Assembly (NCBI GenBank): GCA_963828255.1
Contig: CAWHDZ010000040.1
Location: 224,001 to 288,000, forward strand
Direction of reading: 5' to 3'
Length of the DNA stretch: 64,000 nt
Source of the DNA: an uncultured delta proteobacterium
Lineage (GTDB): Bacteria; Myxococcota; Myxococcia; Myxococcales; Anaeromyxobacteraceae
Below the pieces are notes generated by a model that was given only the letters and a program-made list of their open reading frames with translations, made no database searches and had not been told where the DNA came from. Position numbers and translations under genes: made by a program. This document shows positions 61,152-64,000 of the stretch, one piece after another. How positions within the stretch are numbered: position 1 is the stretch's first letter; each line of letters opens with the position of its first letter.

Positions 61152-61179
61152 TTGACCGGAGCAGGGGGCGAGCTAGCAT
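61152..61179 (+). promoter_or_regulatory. sigma70-type promoter, probably leaderless
   Basis: TTGACC, 16-nt spacer, TAGCAT, 6 nt before ATG 61186. Confidence 0.6.
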
Positions 61180-61185
61180 CGAGCC

Positions 61186-61452
61186 ATGCCGCTCATCGAG
61201 GCACCCGAGCAGGCCCTGCGCCTCGCGCGTGCCATCTGCTCCGACGTGTCGCTCTACAACGAGGAGAAGATCGTCCGCTCCATCGAGCAGGACACCTTCT
61301 TCGACTCCCTCCGGGAGGAGCTCGAGGAGGGTCGTGAGCTGTATCGCTCCCGGGTCGCTCCCGACCTCTACGGCCGGACCAACTACTACGACCGGGCCAT
61401 CGTCGACGTCATCCTGCGCCCCAAGGGACACGTGAAGTCCCGGATCTGGTGA
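61186..61452 (+). CDS. Hypothetical protein (88 aa)
   Basis: Clean ORF with host-like codon usage (A.RLARAI.SD..LYNEEK...); no function recognised. Confidence 0.75.
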   Translation: MPLIEAPEQALRLARAICSDVSLYNEEKIVRSIEQDTFFDSLREELEEGRELYRSRVAPDLYGRTNYYDRAIVDVILRPKGHVKSRIW

Positions 61453-61464
61453 GACGAGGCGCCG

Positions 61465-62415
61465 CTGGCCGAGCGCCACCAGTACCAGGCCGGGGAGAGC
61501 GAGGCCGGGGTCCGCCTCGACCTGGCCGTGTCGCGCCTGGCGCCCGCCCTGTCGCGCGCCCGCGTGCAACGCCTCCTCTCCGACGGGCACGTCCTCCTGG
61601 ACGGGCGGCCGGCCAAGGCGTCGGCGCGGCTCCGGGGGAACGAGCGGATCACCGTGGAGATCGCCGACCCCGAGCCATCCGGCGTGGTCCCGCAGGACCT
61701 CCCGCTCGAGGTGCTCCACGAGGACCGGGATCTCATCGTCCTCGACAAGCGCGCCGGGATGGTGGTCCACCCTGCCCGCGGAACGCCCCACTCCACGGTG
61801 GTGAACGCGCTCCTGCACCGGCTGGGCGGCGAGGGGGCGGGTGGGGACCGGCCAGGACTCGTCCACCGGCTCGACAAGGACACCTCCGGCTGCCTGGTGG
61901 TGGCGAGGACCGAGGCAGCGCTCCTGGATCTCCAGGCCCAGTTCCAGGACCGCACGGTCGAGAAGGTCTACCTGGCGCTGGTCCACGGCCACCTGCCCCG
62001 GGAGGGTCGGCTCGAGACTCCCTTCGGACGCCACCCCCGAGACCGGAAACGCTTCACCAGTCGTGAAGGGAGCCGGAGGGCCCTGACCGAGTGGCGGGTC
62101 CAGGAGCGCTTCGGGGACCGCGCAACGCTGGCCGAGGTCACCCTCCACACCGGCCGGACGCACCAGATCCGGGTCCACCTGTCCGAGGCCGGGCACCCCG
62201 TGGTGGCGGACGCCACGTACGGCGGAGTGCGCCGGGAGGCCCGGATGGCACCCGACGATCCGGTCCGGCTGGCGTCCACGGCGGTGGGGCGCCAGGCGCT
62301 CCACGCCTGGAAGCTGGCGTTTCACCATCCGCGGACCGGTCGGCTGCGCCGGTTCGAGGCCCCCGTCCCGCAGGACCTCCTCGCCGCCATCGAGATCCTC
62401 CGGCGAGCCGGATAG
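61465..62415 (+). CDS. rluD: RluA/RluD family pseudouridine synthase (start uncertain; CTG 61465 proposed)
   Basis: S4 domain G.RLD, K..GMVVHP, VHRLDKDTSG, TGRTHQIRVH, RQALHA. Confidence 0.92.
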   Translation: MAERHQYQAGESEAGVRLDLAVSRLAPALSRARVQRLLSDGHVLLDGRPAKASARLRGNERITVEIADPEPSGVVPQDLPLEVLHEDRDLIVLDKRAGMVVHPARGTPHSTVVNALLHRLGGEGAGGDRPGLVHRLDKDTSGCLVVARTEAALLDLQAQFQDRTVEKVYLALVHGHLPREGRLETPFGRHPRDRKRFTSREGSRRALTEWRVQERFGDRATLAEVTLHTGRTHQIRVHLSEAGHPVVADATYGGVRREARMAPDDPVRLASTAVGRQALHAWKLAFHHPRTGRLRRFEAPVPQDLLAAIEILRRAG

Positions 62416-62418
62416 CGG

Positions 62419-63009
62419 TCAGCGGCCTCTGGGCCGGGCCTCGAATCGGCGCATGGTGTCGCGGGCGCGCCGCGTCGCGGGGTCGATGGCGAGGCCCGCT
62501 TCCTCGAGCGTCCGCTCCGTCTCGCGGTTGGGGTGACACCCCCCGGAGAGTACGGTCCAGGCCGGCTGGCTCCAGTCCTGGAGACGGGCCTTCCAGGGTA
62601 GGGGCGAGCGGACGTGCTCGAGCGCCCGGACCAATCCCCCGGGCGCGAGCACCCGCAGCATCTCCGACGCGGCCCGTCCCGGGTCGGTCACCGAGCAGAG
62701 GACGAGCCCGCTCGTGACGGTGTCGAACGTGCCGTCCCGGAAGGGAAGCGCCTCGGCCCTGGCCCGGACGAGCAGGGACCCGGGCGATCGCCGGCGGGCC
62801 CGTGCCAGGCTCTGGGCGCACGGGTCGACCCCCACCGTCCGGGCCCCGGGTGGGAGGAGCGGCAGGTTGCGGCCGGTGCCGCATCCCAGGTCGAGCGTGC
62901 GGCCACGAGCCCCCTCGGTCAGCCAGTGACGCCAGGGTCCGAGCCCGAGCCGCTCGAGCAGGGCCATGCCCGCGTCGTACATCCAGGGGATCTGCTCGGC
63001 GCCTCGCAC
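62419..63009 (-). CDS. Class I SAM-dependent methyltransferase
   Basis: LDLGCGTG, AEALPF.D..FD.V, RVL.PGG. Confidence 0.88.
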   Translation of the reverse strand: MRGAEQIPWMYDAGMALLERLGLGPWRHWLTEGARGRTLDLGCGTGRNLPLLPPGARTVGVDPCAQSLARARRRSPGSLLVRARAEALPFRDGTFDTVTSGLVLCSVTDPGRAASEMLRVLAPGGLVRALEHVRSPLPWKARLQDWSQPAWTVLSGGCHPNRETERTLEEAGLAIDPATRRARDTMRRFEARPRGR

Positions 63010-63018
63010 GGGGATCTC

Positions 63019-64000
63019 CTAGTCCAGGTAGCCCTGGGCCTGCAGCGAGAAGAGGTGGGCGTAGCGGCCGTCCCGGTCGATGAGCTCCCGGTGGCTCCCC
63101 AGTTCCTCGACCAGGCCGCCGTGGAGGACGGCGATCCGGTCGGCAATCCGGACGGTCGAGAACCGGTGGGAGATGACGATGGCGGTTCGACCTGCGGCGA
63201 GCTCGCGGAAGCGGACGAAGAGCTCGTGCTCGGACTCGGCGTCGATGCTGGCGGTGGGCTCGTCGAGCACCAGGATCTCGGCATCCCGCATGAAGGCCCG
63301 GGCCACTGCCAGCTTCTGCCACTGCCCGGCGGAGATCTCGTGCCCGGCCTCGAACCACCCTCCGAGCACCGTGTCGAGACCGCGGGGAAGGGAGTCGACG
63401 AGCGACGCGGCCCCGGCCCTGCGCGCCGCCTCGGCGATGCGGGGGCGGTCCTCGACGTGGGCGGGGCTCCCGAGACCGATGTTCTCGGCCGCCGTGAACT
63501 GGTAGCGGACGAAGTCCTGGAACACGGCGCCGATGCGGGAGCGGAGGTCGCGGGGATCGAGGTCGCGGATGTCGACGCCCCCGTAGGTGATCCGCCCCTC
63601 GGTGGGGTCGTAGAGCCGCAGGAGAAGCTTCACGAGCGTGCTCTTCCCGGCGCCGTTCTCCCCGACGAGCCCCAGCGTCTCGCCCGGCTCGAGCCGGAGG
63701 CTGACGCCGCGAAGCGCCCACTCCGGCCGCGACGGGTAGCGGAAGGATACGTTCTCGAAGGCGATGGCGAGCGGGGGGCCTCTGGGCACGGTGGCGGGCG
63801 GGTCCACCCGCGCCCGCTCGCCCGTGGTCGGGATGGCGAGGAACGCGAAGAGGTTCGACATGTAGAGCGCGTCCTCGTACGTGGCGCCCACGGCGGTGAG
63901 GATTCCCTGGAAGGCCGACTGGCCCTGCCGGAAGACCACGAGGTAGAGGGTCATGTCTCCGAGCGAGATCTCGCCCCGCGCCGCTCGCGCTGCGACGAGC
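63019..64000 (-). CDS. ABC transporter ATP-binding/permease protein (5' end outside the window)
   Basis: GENGAGKST Walker A, ISAGQWQK signature, LVLDEPT, ISHRFST. Confidence 0.92.
   Translation of the reverse strand, partial: LVAARAARGEISLGDMTLYLVVFRQGQSAFQGILTAVGATYEDALYMSNLFAFLAIPTTGERARVDPPATVPRGPPLAIAFENVSFRYPSRPEWALRGVSLRLEPGETLGLVGENGAGKSTLVKLLLRLYDPTEGRITYGGVDIRDLDPRDLRSRIGAVFQDFVRYQFTAAENIGLGSPAHVEDRPRIAEAARRAGAASLVDSLPRGLDTVLGGWFEAGHEISAGQWQKLAVARAFMRDAEILVLDEPTASIDAESEHELFVRFRELAAGRTAIVISHRFSTVRIADRIAVLHGGLVEELGSHRELIDRDGRYAHLFSLQAQGYLD

Overview
A very GC-rich, gene-dense core-genome window. Gene content and sequence style point to a myxobacterium, probably Anaeromyxobacter-like; this is an inference, not a database result. 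It carries thrS, an inserted leuA-ilvBNC block, infC-rpmI-rplT-pheST-ihfA, and a sigma54-dependent two-component operon headed by a small secreted Ala/Pro/Lys-rich protein. It continues with a queD/folE-like/SDR/FAD-oxidase cluster, 2-oxoacid:ferredoxin oxidoreductase, nucleotide-sugar enzymes, mtgA, sod and mutY. The str-S10-spc-alpha ribosomal cluster lacks rplC and infA and runs directly into rpsP-khpA-rimM-trmD-rplS. The last part holds a degenerate SMC/YhaN-like protein, yraN, rsmI, a second sigma54 two-component pair, slt, rluD and a partial ABC transporter. I saw no tRNA, rRNA, CRISPR array or mobile element. The most interesting signals are regulatory: a candidate Leu-codon leader peptide/attenuator before leuA, non-canonical starts (ATC for infC, apparent CTG for mutY and rluD, the latter two in frame with the upstream stop), a structured leader before rpmJ, and several leaderless-looking promoters. 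Three frameshifts in repeats or homopolymers, one creating an apparent L15-SecY fusion, most likely reflect assembly indels.
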